This document shows, piece after piece, positions 7,923 through 17,825 of a stretch of 50,494 nucleotides of DNA. The notes beneath the pieces were generated by a model, which was not told the origin of the DNA, ran no database searches, and saw nothing but the letters and a program-made list of their open reading frames with translations. Position 1 is the first letter of the stretch, and the number at the start of each line of letters is the position of its first letter. A program made the position numbers and the translations under genes. The stretch is from a virus, in IMG/VR virus record IMGVR_UViG_2788500486_000002; one strand, given 5' to 3'.

Positions 7923-10900
7923 TTATTCACTTTCCTTTAAGGTTTCATCCTCGATCAGAGGAACCATTTCATCAATAAAGCCCGAGTTGCGAACGTCTTG
8001 TTCCCAATTCTTCTTAAGGGCGTTGTACATATCCACGTCTTCCACTTCACGGGCTCGCTGCCTGATCTTGACTTGGACATGCGGAGGATAAAGAGACATA
8101 AGAGCCGCAGCCTTTTGCATGTTCTCTTCCCGAGTGTCAGGACGAGTAAATGCTTGCTGCCTCCAATTCGACAGCTTAGTAGCTGCCTCCTTAATCATCT
8201 CTGTATCGTCTGCTCCATTGAAGTAGAACGACAGCTTATCTTCCGTACCCGGCGTAAACGTCATAGCAAGGAAGAATGCCGACGACTCCGGCAAATCAGA
8301 GTCCACCAGCGCTCCGCTACGTGAGTAATACTCGTTGTAACGGTGAGCAATGTAAGCCCTGTGAGCCCCACGGAACGAAGCGACTTCATCAGCCAGCTTC
8401 AACCACGAGTCCTTTGCAAGAGGCCCTGCCTCAGCTCCGAGTATTTCGTAAGCCGAATATTCAAGAGCATTGTACAAGGACGGGAACGTAGACCCGAGCT
8501 TACCACCAGTAGCGCCGAGGAACATCTCAGCTACAGACTTTTCCCCATACTCGCCCGTGCCGAACAAGTCACGGACCACATTAACGATAAGGTCGCCTGA
8601 AGCAATACGCTCACCGATCTTAACGTCTGCACCAGTAGTGAGGTAGGCGATACCGTCGTAAAAACCACGAGCGATCCACCCATCTACTTCGTCCATCTCA
8701 ACTGGACTGCCCTTTTGCTTCTCGTAAAGCTCCTTAATCATCAACCCGCCGGGGATGGCCGCTGAGCCACCCATGATAAGGTTCATGGCAAAGAGACGAG
8801 CTTTCTGTTGCGGGGTGAACCGCTTACCGAGAAGAGCGTCCATCATACGGAACGAATAGGCCCAGAACTGTGTAGGAACCGAAGCCAAGCCGTGCTGGAA
8901 ACCAGCCGAGGTTTGAGACATCATGTTAAACGAGTAATCGTCAGTCAACAGAGCGAACTCTTCCTTGAACTTAGACGACCCAACCTTAACACCACGTTCC
9001 TTTAGCTCTCCCCACGCAATGCGAGAAGACACAGACCTGTTAAGCTGTTCAGCAAGATAGAAGAACATGCGGCCCTTTTCCGACACCCCATCATACACAG
9101 ACGAGGCCCCGAAGATACGGTTAGCACCGAACTCCTTAATCATAGCAAGGTTGTGTCCCGAGACTTCATAAAGCCCCGTGTCACGGAGATACCTAGCGTA
9201 CTCTTTGAACTCAGCCGGACTATCGAAACCACCCGCCATATACTTCTTCTTTGCAAGAGTATCAAGCACAGTGTCGTCATATCCACTCATAGCGTAGACC
9301 TTCAACGCCTCTGCTGTCCTGAACCCCCGGAGGCCGTACTTCGGGCTCATTGCCGAAGCCGATGCCATAGTGGAAGTCTGAATGAACAACTGGCCAATGT
9401 TAAAGAAGCCAAGGTTAGCATCAAAGGCTAGCGTACGCATGAACTGGATAGGGTTGCGTTCTTGTAGGTTCAGCATCCCCCGACGAGCAGCAGCACGAAG
9501 ACTATCGTCAGCAGCATCACCAAGGACAGCCTCAGAAGCCATACCCCAACGGATACGAGCCCTCTTTTCAAACTCCGTTTCAAAGTTCATCAGACGAACG
9601 ATAGCAGACTGTTCCTGTCCGATCTTGGCAGCAATATCTTCGGGTACGTCCCGACGAACCTTTGCCTTGGCCAAACCATACAGCGTATCTGTCTCACCTA
9701 CGAAGTCAAGGTCAAGGTACGGAGCATAGGTGTTCTTGAACCTAGCAGCTACGTTTTCCTTGTATCCTCTGAACCCGTACACACGAGCGGCTTCGTTGAT
9801 CGTAGAGTTAAGCGTTTCCCACGGATCGATGGTTGCAGCAAACGATCCAGTCGTATCTTGAAGGTGGTCGCCTTTTGTACCGTAGTACATCTGGCCTGTA
9901 GTCTTGTAGTACGAGTCGATCTCCAACTCTTCAGGATCAATGAACCTCAAAGCCTCAGGGTCTTTGCCAAAGTAAGCCTTAGGCGACTTACCGTTCTCAA
10001 CTACCTCGAAGTCAAAGTCCTTACTGATCTTGCGAGTCTCAACCATTTCAAGAAACTCTTCACCAGACGGATAACCGTCACGGTTCTTAAAGACAGTCTC
10101 AAAAGCAAGCGGGTTACGCTCACCTTCTTTGTACAGCCTCAGAGCTTCGTTCATGTCCGTTGCCCAAGCCTTCATCTCATTGAGGTTCTTGCCTGCGACA
10201 AACGTACGAGGGCTAATCAGGTTTCCGTCTACATCTTGCATAGCCTGTTTGATGTAGTGCGAAGCGTCATACGCACGAGAACCACCTTGACTGTAGTTAA
10301 GCTGCATACGGCGAAGGGGGCGACTCTTAAGGTCACTCTTCTTTACCATAGTGTGCAACGCATACCGACCATCGGGCATCTCGAACGGACGATCAAGCTT
10401 CAGCATGACGTACCCTTCATCCACGAGGTCTTTAAGCTCTACGCCGTTTGGATCAAGCCACCGTTCGTTACTGGCATCCCAGACGTTGTTCTTGTGTCCG
10501 GTTGGCCAGTTCTTCGGGTTAGGGTTAATGACGCCATCAATGTCAACGTCACGACCGCCAAGACGAATGTTGTGAGACTCGAAGCCTTGGTTAGACTTGC
10601 GAATGTACACAGCATCGTTACGCACCGTCCACGTCACGTCAGACATAAGACGATAAGCCGAATAGGCGTCTTGCATAGCCGGAGTAGGAAGCTGGTTATC
10701 AGGATGGGCTCGCTGATACAGTTCAGCAAACTCTTCCGGGTTGTACCACTTAGCTTCGTTCTGGCCTTTCATAATTGTCTGAGTAAGAACTCGACGATCT
10801 TGGCGAGGAAGACCTTTTACGTGGTCCTTTAGGATTTGCTCCGATTGCTTGAGGAAACGGTTAGCCGAGTTACCAGCAACCACACCCTTTGCAACAGCCG

Positions 10901-12758
10901 TCCTGTCAGCAATACGGGCCGAGGACCTTATCCAAGGGAACCAAGCCGAGGGGGTCTTAAGCTCACTGGTGATAAAGCCGTCAACAGGTACGGTGACTTC
11001 CATACGGGCGAACCACTGACCAGACTCAGGGTCTTTGAATGTTTCACCCTGTCTCGCAAATTTATCAAGCAAACCATCAGCAAAATCTTTACGAGCATAA
11101 CCGCCGCCTTCTTTCTTTCCGAGAGTGACCTCGACAGTATAGACATTTGCCCCGTCTTCGTTGACGTAAGGGCTCTTTCCGAAGTCACGGCTCTTGCCCG
11201 AGTTCAGATTGGTTTCAACAAACTTGATGTCTTTGATGTGTTTGCCATACGTGTCTTCAAGCAATTGCTTCTCAGTAACTTGAAACGCTGCAAGAATATC
11301 GTCAGGGTTGTCGAACTGGTTGACCGAGATAAGGTCAGGCATAATGTCCCGCAACTCACGAGCAGCTTGCAAACGCGAAGCTACGTCCGTGCCGAGGCTT
11401 ACGCCTGTGCTAGTCGGATCAAAGAACTTGGTAGACAGTTCAGTAGTCAACTCTTCAGAGCCGATACCCGTAGCTGCCTTAGCTGCATCAGGACCGTTTT
11501 CAATAGCAGTGGTTACTGCCTTGGTTGTCTGGATTGTAGCTGCCCTACGAGCACCCATCGAAGATAAAGACTTGCCGACCCGGCCTACAGCAGTAGCGCC
11601 AAGAAGAGTAGCGTCAATGATACCAAAGACGTTGTTTACCGTGCGAAGGCTGTTGTCTTCTTGCGGAGCAATCAACATCTGGCCAAGTTCCATACGACGA
11701 GTAGGATCATCCATCAGCCAGTCCGCATTGTCACGGATAGCTTGCATGAACTCACCGTCCTTTGCCAGCGTACGAGCAAACTCTTCCGGGGACAAGTCCC
11801 ACAGAGACTCTCGCTGATCTTGGAGGTTATTACCGGCCATGATGAACTTCATAAGCGAAGGTGTTTCGTTGGTAATCCCAGCGTCATTGGTAATACCCGA
11901 TGCCGAGAAAAGATCGAACGTAGGGATCGCACGGATGATACCGTTAAAGAAACCACGAACCCAACCGGAGTCTTCATATTCAGCTTCAAGTTCTTCCAAT
12001 CGCTGAGATGCAACAAGCACCTTAGCCATGTGGTCTTGGATACGCTTCTCTGCACCCCCGCGAGGGCCTTCTTCCCCTTCACGAGCAAAGAACTGGTCAG
12101 CCACAAGCAAAGCCTCGTGGTTGTCGTCATTGGTCATGTAGGTTCTGATCTTGTCGATAGCTTCTAGTTCTACCGCAAGCTGAGCTGCATCTTCGTTGTT
12201 CTTTTCAACAACATCGTTGTACACTTGGTCAATGAAGTCCAGAGTGTTCTCGTTTACAGACGAAGTACGAGCCTCTACTTCAAGGTCTTTCCTAAGGGTA
12301 TCAACATACGTCAAAGCATCGAGCGACCTGTTAGCGGCCACACGAAGACGAGCGTTATATTCCTGTTCACCGTCTAGGAGTTCACGAGCCGCTACAAGAT
12401 TGGCTTCGTTCATCATAGTTATTTCATTGTCAAGCTTAGGGTCAGCAAGAGCAATGGCGAGTAGCGAGGCTGCAATAGGGCGACGCTCACCGGGAACCCG
12501 GCTTTTATATTTGTCTTCAAACAGCTCTGTTCCAAACTTTTGCTCGGCAATAGCCGTTTGCGTAACCATCTCTTCCTCTGAGTCATCAAAGGGATTGAAA
12601 GCCGCTTGTGCTGGAACATTGCTCGCAGGAGTGCCTACGGTCTCGATAGCACCAGCTTCGGGTACATCGGTTCCGGGGTTCTCTACGAGATCGCTGTTAA
12701 TCAGGTCTTCATCCATTTCCACTGTTTCCACTACCGCCGCCTCCACCGCCGAAGGCAT
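7923..12758 (-). CDS. Very large internal virion / DNA-ejection protein (1611 aa)
   Basis: Single uninterrupted ORF. Strong SD (CAGGAGG-5 nt-ATG) for the start at 12758. Lies between the gp14-like and SLT proteins. No polymerase motifs noticed. Confidence 0.65.
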   Translation of the reverse strand: MPSAVEAAVVETVEMDEDLINSDLVENPGTDVPEAGAIETVGTPASNVPAQAAFNPFDDSEEEMVTQTAIAEQKFGTELFEDKYKSRVPGERRPIAASLLAIALADPKLDNEITMMNEANLVAARELLDGEQEYNARLRVAANRSLDALTYVDTLRKDLEVEARTSSVNENTLDFIDQVYNDVVEKNNEDAAQLAVELEAIDKIRTYMTNDDNHEALLVADQFFAREGEEGPRGGAEKRIQDHMAKVLVASQRLEELEAEYEDSGWVRGFFNGIIRAIPTFDLFSASGITNDAGITNETPSLMKFIMAGNNLQDQRESLWDLSPEEFARTLAKDGEFMQAIRDNADWLMDDPTRRMELGQMLIAPQEDNSLRTVNNVFGIIDATLLGATAVGRVGKSLSSMGARRAATIQTTKAVTTAIENGPDAAKAATGIGSEELTTELSTKFFDPTSTGVSLGTDVASRLQAARELRDIMPDLISVNQFDNPDDILAAFQVTEKQLLEDTYGKHIKDIKFVETNLNSGKSRDFGKSPYVNEDGANVYTVEVTLGKKEGGGYARKDFADGLLDKFARQGETFKDPESGQWFARMEVTVPVDGFITSELKTPSAWFPWIRSSARIADRTAVAKGVVAGNSANRFLKQSEQILKDHVKGLPRQDRRVLTQTIMKGQNEAKWYNPEEFAELYQRAHPDNQLPTPAMQDAYSAYRLMSDVTWTVRNDAVYIRKSNQGFESHNIRLGGRDVDIDGVINPNPKNWPTGHKNNVWDASNERWLDPNGVELKDLVDEGYVMLKLDRPFEMPDGRYALHTMVKKSDLKSRPLRRMQLNYSQGGSRAYDASHYIKQAMQDVDGNLISPRTFVAGKNLNEMKAWATDMNEALRLYKEGERNPLAFETVFKNRDGYPSGEEFLEMVETRKISKDFDFEVVENGKSPKAYFGKDPEALRFIDPEELEIDSYYKTTGQMYYGTKGDHLQDTTGSFAATIDPWETLNSTINEAARVYGFRGYKENVAARFKNTYAPYLDLDFVGETDTLYGLAKAKVRRDVPEDIAAKIGQEQSAIVRLMNFETEFEKRARIRWGMASEAVLGDAADDSLRAAARRGMLNLQERNPIQFMRTLAFDANLGFFNIGQLFIQTSTMASASAMSPKYGLRGFRTAEALKVYAMSGYDDTVLDTLAKKKYMAGGFDSPAEFKEYARYLRDTGLYEVSGHNLAMIKEFGANRIFGASSVYDGVSEKGRMFFYLAEQLNRSVSSRIAWGELKERGVKVGSSKFKEEFALLTDDYSFNMMSQTSAGFQHGLASVPTQFWAYSFRMMDALLGKRFTPQQKARLFAMNLIMGGSAAIPGGLMIKELYEKQKGSPVEMDEVDGWIARGFYDGIAYLTTGADVKIGERIASGDLIVNVVRDLFGTGEYGEKSVAEMFLGATGGKLGSTFPSLYNALEYSAYEILGAEAGPLAKDSWLKLADEVASFRGAHRAYIAHRYNEYYSRSGALVDSDLPESSAFFLAMTFTPGTEDKLSFYFNGADDTEMIKEAATKLSNWRQQAFTRPDTREENMQKAAALMSLYPPHVQVKIRQRAREVEDVDMYNALKKNWEQDVRNSGFIDEMVPLIEDETLKESE

Positions 12759-13188
12759 TAAAACCTCCTGCGCCTTGGAACACTTGCATACCTAGTGAGC
12801 TAATAGCGCTCCAAGTTTGAGACGAGCTAGAACGTATGTTTGCTTGACTTGCGTAGTAACCCGCAAGATTTGACAATTTCTGGTTTGTATCGAGGAACGA
12901 TAAGTTTCGGTTCAACTGGCTTTGAATAGAGCCAAGAGCGCCTAGAGCCACCGAACTCCTTTCTGCTCCTGAGTTAGCCGCTGTTTGGAGCATGGCCCCT
13001 TGAGCTACTCGGGCTTGCCGAATGGCGTTTACTCGTTCGCGGGCTGATCGGTTGTTAGCGAGTTGCCGTTCGTACTTATACTGCTCCCGCATATCCTTGC
13101 GAGCCTTGCCTGCTTGAACGGCAGACATGACTGTAGCACCGGCAGTAACGGCAGCGCCTACGGCAGCAACTATAGGTACAGCGGGCAT
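12709..13188 (-). CDS. Small internal virion protein candidate (159 aa) with N-terminal hydrophobic segment and Gly-rich tail
   Basis: Starts MPAVPIVAAVGAAVTAGATVMSAV and ends GGGGGSGNSGNG. Overlaps the next gene by 50 nt. Confidence 0.55.
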   Translation of the reverse strand: MPAVPIVAAVGAAVTAGATVMSAVQAGKARKDMREQYKYERQLANNRSARERVNAIRQARVAQGAMLQTAANSGAERSSVALGALGSIQSQLNRNLSFLDTNQKLSNLAGYYASQANIRSSSSQTWSAISSLGMQVFQGAGGFNAFGGGGGGSGNSGNG

Positions 13189-13189
13189 C

Positions 13190-13525
13190 TTAGTTTAGTT
13201 CCTTTCTATATTCAAGGACTTCAATAGGATAGGCCGAGTCTACAAACGTGCTGTTCATAACACGACCTGTCTCTTTGAAACCAAGGAACTTGTTGTACCG
13301 AGCATGGGTGTCGTTTTCTCCCCAAGTGTACAGTTCCTTGATCCCCTTTTCCTTGAACGCCTCATCAATAGTGTGGCTGATTTTCTGAGCAGCTTTAAGA
13401 TCGTCAAGCGTCGGTTCTGGATTGTACAGTTCTGAGTGGATAACATAGCGCCCCTCCCAGACGTGGCAAACCACGATCCCTTCCGGGCCTTCGTAAAGAA
13501 GGTTAAGGTTGGGTATTCCCGACAT
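13190..13525 (-). CDS. GNAT-like N-acetyltransferase (small) inside the virion module
   Basis: The C-terminal ARYNKFLGFKETG resembles the GNAT acetyl-CoA region. ATG 13525 is preferred (23-nt overlap with the upstream gene); the GTG at 13603 gives 101 nt of overlap. Confidence 0.45.
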   Translation of the reverse strand: MSGIPNLNLLYEGPEGIVVCHVWEGRYVIHSELYNPEPTLDDLKAAQKISHTIDEAFKEKGIKELYTWGENDTHARYNKFLGFKETGRVMNSTFVDSAYPIEVLEYRKELN

Positions 13526-15788
13526 AAGCAACTGACCAACCAAGGAGTTCGAAATTCTTTCCTCTCTCGCTTGTGCCGTACCTGAATTGAATTGACTTGC
13601 CACTGCCTCTTACCTTATTTTTAGTAGTCACTACATCGAATGCAGTGTTATCTGCTGTTGAATTGTTAGGGCGCCTGCGTTCTCGGTAGACTTCTACTTC
13701 AGTAGACCACCTGTTAGACGCCAACGAATTGGCCCAGTCCCACTTGGCTCTCATCCTGCACGAGCTGTCTTCAGCTTGCTTAAAGTGACAAAAGACATAA
13801 ATAGGCTGTTTGTCTCTCATGGCATCGCCCATGATCTCGTAACCAGTTTCAACAAACGAGTCGTATTCGTAACCAGTTCCGTTCCACGAAGACCAATCTA
13901 CAAAGTTTGTATCCGAAGTCGTAGCAATTGCTTGGCTACCGTCGTGAAGATCGACAAGATATTGTACAGAAGACGGAACATACGAAGACAATACGTTAGC
14001 AATAACCACTGGCTCACTTGCATTGGTAGTTACCGGATTGCCCAAAGAGTCGATAACATTCTCTGTAGTTGTAGAGAACGACTCCCCGATGTTGTTGTAA
14101 ATGCCGCTAACCTTTGGACGATCATCCTGTGTAGCGAACTCCCAAAGAAAGAACGCTTGCAAGGTCACGTCAAAGAGTAAGACTTTATTGTACCGATAGT
14201 AATAGCTGGATGCTATACCATCTGAGAACAACCACATTACCGTGTTATTTCTAGGATCGAAACAAGACTTGACGTATTGTCGTTGAGTTTCTGGTATCTC
14301 GTTAATAATGGATTGAATAGTCTGTTCAGACACACTAGTATTCCCGAACTTGCCGGGGATAGGCCCGAACTGTCCGCTAGCTTGCTGCATAGCGTCAATA
14401 CCAATTTCACTCCACCAAAACAGCGTACCATCTACTTCTATCGCAGCCATTGGCGACTTAGTTCCAAGCGACGAGACTTTGCTTACTGCAATAGACACGC
14501 CTGAGAAACCTTCGTCACCGCCTGAGATGAACCACACCCCGTTCTGAGCGAACACAAGGACACCGTTAGCCATCGGAAGTATCCGACGGATGCGGTTAGC
14601 CTCGGGGATAGGAACAACACCACCGTCTGAAGCAATCAAATCTGAAATATCTTCAGAGGTAGGGTCAGCCTCTTGGTAACACATAGCAGCCTTTTTGATG
14701 CCTGTGCTATCTAGGATTTGACTGAAGTAAACAACACTGCCCGAACCGTACCAAGCTCTCCCGGAGAAGAACGATACTGCCTCTGGCCTGTGACGCTTAA
14801 TGTCTGTTGGAATACCCGATACGCCAGAAACGCCTGACCTGTCGATCTTGAAAGCGTTCAGGATAAAGTGACCGTTAGGAGCCCTGTTGTTACCGCTGTA
14901 CAGTTTATCAAGGACTTCAGGAAGGAAATCACCCGCCTTCACATTATCGTCTGGGTTGTCTGCTTCTGCTCGGGCTACCCACCATTGCTTGTTGTTGCCG
15001 GGGTAGCGGCCAGTCTGGTTCTTAAACAGAGCAATAGGGCTTGTAGAAGGGCTAGACCTAGAGTACGAAGTGCGCTGCCCAAACGGGCGGTCGATTACTT
15101 GACGCGAAGAAAGAACGTAATCTTCATACGCTGTCTGATTAAAAGCCGAAGTCCCTTGAGTACCATACAACCAGCCTTGGTTCAGGAGATTGTAGTGGTG
15201 TTCTTTGCTTAGGGTTACGGGCTCTTCGTCATTAGCAAGACCGTCATCAAGACCGTCAAAATCACGAATAAGAATGTTAAGGCTATTAACTTCAATATCA
15301 TCGGCGTCTATATCGTAAGTGACAACCAGAGGTTCGGTGTACTGGCTGACAATGAAAAGGTATCCTTTGCCTGAAGCAAACTGGAAAAGCTCTTTACTAG
15401 CAGAGGTATCACTGCGACCAGCAATTATATAATCGTTAAGATCAATTTCAAACGACTTAAGAGAGTCAGCCGATACGTTAGTCGACATGTCAAAGAACTT
15501 AATCGTAAGTCCTTTTTGAACGACAAGGAAGTTAGTGTCAGGCTGTTCTGCTACGGCTTTCCAGACGTACTCTGTACTCGACCGGTTAAATCCCGGAACA
15601 ACAAAGTTGGGTGTCTTAGTGTTTGCAAGGTAGTTAATACCAAGTCGACGAGTGCGACTACCCTTTCTTGAAAGAACTGTATTCAGCTCGTCGTAAGAAG
15701 TATCTTCAGGATACGTCAAAGGACTGGCCTCTGAGACCAGCCCCTTAACAAATGTTCTGTAGAGTTTATTAGTAGTGGCTCTCGCCAT
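13503..15788 (-). CDS. Tail tubular protein B-like / nozzle protein (761 aa)
   Basis: Size and gene order match T7 gp12. The N-terminal KGLVSEASPLTYPEDTSYDELN...RRLG is loosely gp12-like. Confidence 0.5.
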   Translation of the reverse strand: MARATTNKLYRTFVKGLVSEASPLTYPEDTSYDELNTVLSRKGSRTRRLGINYLANTKTPNFVVPGFNRSSTEYVWKAVAEQPDTNFLVVQKGLTIKFFDMSTNVSADSLKSFEIDLNDYIIAGRSDTSASKELFQFASGKGYLFIVSQYTEPLVVTYDIDADDIEVNSLNILIRDFDGLDDGLANDEEPVTLSKEHHYNLLNQGWLYGTQGTSAFNQTAYEDYVLSSRQVIDRPFGQRTSYSRSSPSTSPIALFKNQTGRYPGNNKQWWVARAEADNPDDNVKAGDFLPEVLDKLYSGNNRAPNGHFILNAFKIDRSGVSGVSGIPTDIKRHRPEAVSFFSGRAWYGSGSVVYFSQILDSTGIKKAAMCYQEADPTSEDISDLIASDGGVVPIPEANRIRRILPMANGVLVFAQNGVWFISGGDEGFSGVSIAVSKVSSLGTKSPMAAIEVDGTLFWWSEIGIDAMQQASGQFGPIPGKFGNTSVSEQTIQSIINEIPETQRQYVKSCFDPRNNTVMWLFSDGIASSYYYRYNKVLLFDVTLQAFFLWEFATQDDRPKVSGIYNNIGESFSTTTENVIDSLGNPVTTNASEPVVIANVLSSYVPSSVQYLVDLHDGSQAIATTSDTNFVDWSSWNGTGYEYDSFVETGYEIMGDAMRDKQPIYVFCHFKQAEDSSCRMRAKWDWANSLASNRWSTEVEVYRERRRPNNSTADNTAFDVVTTKNKVRGSGKSIQFRYGTSERGKNFELLGWSVAYVGNTQP

Positions 15789-15793
15789 ATTTT

Positions 15794-16045
15794 TTAGTCC
15801 GTTTTATCTACGATCTTACTCTTTTCCCGAGGTACGGGCTTCGGATTATTGGTAAAGTACCGATCTAGGGCTGCTTTTGCTTTCTTGAAGTTTGTATATT
15901 TACACGTACAAATATCAGGAGCAACACCGCCATTCAACATTTTAATCTCGAACAACCGTCCATCGACCACTCCAATCCTGAACTTGCTTCCCTTAGGGGA
16001 CTCGTAGACAACTTCAAGATGGGGGTTAAGGTCACGGTTTAGCAT
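15794..16045 (-). CDS. Hypothetical protein (83 aa)
   Basis: Internal ATG 16045 has AAGGA 8 nt upstream and only a 14-nt overlap with the upstream gene. The longer ORF start at 16114 overlaps by 83 nt. Confidence 0.45.
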   Translation of the reverse strand: MLNRDLNPHLEVVYESPKGSKFRIGVVDGRLFEIKMLNGGVAPDICTCKYTNFKKAKAALDRYFTNNPKPVPREKSKIVDKTD

Positions 16046-16784
16046 AGTTTGATCCTTTGAATATTTCTCCACGTTCCTTCTTATCTCGCCATTTGCGGTA
16101 TTGAAGGTGGACACGGCCTTTACGCGACTTCTGTTCTTCTTTCTGGTTGGCCATTTGCTTGATCGTTATGAAACAAGTGCTTTTGGACTCAGACAAAAGA
16201 AGGGGAAACAAGTCAGCGTCAATTGAGGGAATAAAGTCGTCTTCCATTACAAACGGTTCGAGCATCTCACCCCAGCCGAAAGTCTTAGAAGCCTGTAGAG
16301 TAGAGTCGTAAAGCTGGTTGTATCCGTCTGTAACTAGATACTTGTCATTTAGTATCGTGTAGTACCGAGGACGCTGATTTCGCTTTACATAATAAGTTAC
16401 GCCCGAAGAGGCGTCTGTAACAGCTTTAACATCACTGGACGATCCACTGTATTGTAAAACACGCTTTACAAACTCTTCTTGCGGCATGAAGTCCAGATCG
16501 TAATACTTACCGTCTTTACTGTCTAGATATTTAAGCCACGTAATAGAAACAAGGTTATCGGGAAGCTTAAGGTAGTTAGGCTGGTTTAGATCACCTAGTC
16601 CTTCCAGCTTAATGAACCCGATCTTGTCTGGGATTTCAATGGTAGAAAACAGGTAGTCATACGTTTCTTTTACAATCTCTGCTACTTGCTGAGACTCAAT
16701 AGTATCGTTGATGCTGTTAACTTCATCCGAGTCCATGGCTGAAAGAATGTTTTGAACCATAGACAACAATGTCATCTTAGCCAT
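16032..16784 (-). CDS. Tail tubular protein A / head-tail adaptor-like (250 aa)
   Basis: The N-terminal LSMVQNILSAMDSDEVNSINDT resembles the N-termini of podovirus gp11-like adaptors as I recall them. Gene order supports the call. Confidence 0.45.
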   Translation of the reverse strand: MAKMTLLSMVQNILSAMDSDEVNSINDTIESQQVAEIVKETYDYLFSTIEIPDKIGFIKLEGLGDLNQPNYLKLPDNLVSITWLKYLDSKDGKYYDLDFMPQEEFVKRVLQYSGSSSDVKAVTDASSGVTYYVKRNQRPRYYTILNDKYLVTDGYNQLYDSTLQASKTFGWGEMLEPFVMEDDFIPSIDADLFPLLLSESKSTCFITIKQMANQKEEQKSRKGRVHLQYRKWRDKKERGEIFKGSNYAKP

Positions 16785-16790
16785 AGTTTG

Positions 16791-17270
16791 TTATCCCGCA
16801 GTGAACTTGCACGTAAGAAACGCTTTAACTGCGTTAGTAGACGCTCCGTTTGTTTCGATTTTAAGAACTTGACCCTCAGTAAATGTGTACGTGGGTGAAA
16901 GGTTCTTTGTCAGTTTAACTCCATCACCGCTACCGGCAACAGGAAGTGAAATGGACTGACCCAAAAGAATGCCATCCCTGTAAAGAGACAGCTCAGAGTC
17001 AGAACCAGAAAGAGCCCCGCTAAGGACTAGAAAAACATTAGTCAGTACAGAGTTTCGAGCGACCCTGAAATAAACGCTTGATCCTGTGGTCGATACATCG
17101 TCAATCAACCCGTTCAAATCGTAGCTGTTAAGATTAGAGACAGTCCCAAGAGGGTTCTGCCAAGAGCCGCTACCAGCCCCGTCAGCGACATACACTTCGC
17201 CGGAGCTTGCAGTAGAAGCACCTTTCGGTTCGTGCAAGTCTGATCCTGTTAGCGAACTATGTTGTGCCAT
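16791..17270 (-). CDS. Virion-associated hypothetical protein (159 aa), beta-rich
   Basis: The N-terminal SLTGSDLHEPKG motif is seen in phage structural proteins. Located between the capsid module and the adaptor. Confidence 0.5.
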   Translation of the reverse strand: MAQHSSLTGSDLHEPKGASTASSGEVYVADGAGSGSWQNPLGTVSNLNSYDLNGLIDDVSTTGSSVYFRVARNSVLTNVFLVLSGALSGSDSELSLYRDGILLGQSISLPVAGSGDGVKLTKNLSPTYTFTEGQVLKIETNGASTNAVKAFLTCKFTAG

Positions 17271-17283
17271 AAGTGCTCCGAAT

Positions 17284-17323
17284 AGAAAAGAGGGCTAGGG
17301 CTTGTCTTTCGACAGAGGCCCTA
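17284..17323 (-). terminator. Hairpin / attenuator after the capsid genes
   Basis: Minus-strand transcript TTAGGGCCTCTGTCGAAAGACAAGCCCTA followed by GCCCTCTTTTCT. The U-run is not directly adjacent to the stem, so it is a partial terminator at best. Confidence 0.35.
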
Positions 17324-17336
17324 ACCGGATTACCGA

Positions 17337-17801
17337 TTAAACGGTGTAGTAGTTAACGATTAGCTTAACGCGACCGGCGGTGTAAGTACCAGTCGTGGTG
17401 ACAGCGACGTTAAGGTCCTGTGCAGCACGAGTACCAATCTGAGCGCCGTCAGTACCAGCAGCGACACGGATACCATCCGCATCCACTACAGTACCGTCCT
17501 GTCCAAACGTACCAACCGTGTAGTTAGTACCGCCCGCCGGGGTTTCGAGAATAATGACCCGCTGGCCAGTAATCTGTACGCCCTGAGGCAGATAAGCGTC
17601 TAGGCCAGTAAAGCCGTCAGCAGTGCCGTCGTTGTTAAGGTCAGTCGAGAAGATGGTGCGAGCCGCGCCAGTCAGTTCAACTTCGAGAATGAGCTCCTGC
17701 TCCTTCGAGTTGCTCTGGGTAGAACCGGGGCGAGCTCCGCGCTTGCCCTGATCCGTACCATAGCGGACGAGTAGACCATCATCGTTTACCCAAGTTGCCA
17801 T
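17337..17801 (-). CDS. Capsid-associated hypothetical protein (154 aa; decoration candidate)
   Basis: Immediately downstream of the major capsid gene. Gly/Thr-rich beta-type composition. Confidence 0.5.
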   Translation of the reverse strand: MATWVNDDGLLVRYGTDQGKRGARPGSTQSNSKEQELILEVELTGAARTIFSTDLNNDGTADGFTGLDAYLPQGVQITGQRVIILETPAGGTNYTVGTFGQDGTVVDADGIRVAAGTDGAQIGTRAAQDLNVAVTTTGTYTAGRVKLIVNYYTV

Positions 17802-17825
17802 GTTATATTATCCCTTTTCTTTCAA

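Noticed and set aside
9858-11567. 324-aa and 243-aa plus-strand ORFs inside the 1611-aa gene
   Set aside because: These are shadow ORFs antisense to an uninterrupted 4.8-kb reading frame. They are low complexity, with no ribosome-binding sites.
7923-12758. The 1611-aa protein considered as a virion-packaged RNA polymerase (N4-like), to explain the lack of an RNAP gene
   Set aside because: I could not find T7-like RNAP catalytic motifs (the D...RxxxK...YG and HDS type). The size is less than half that of N4 vRNAP. Four consensus host-type promoters already explain transcription.
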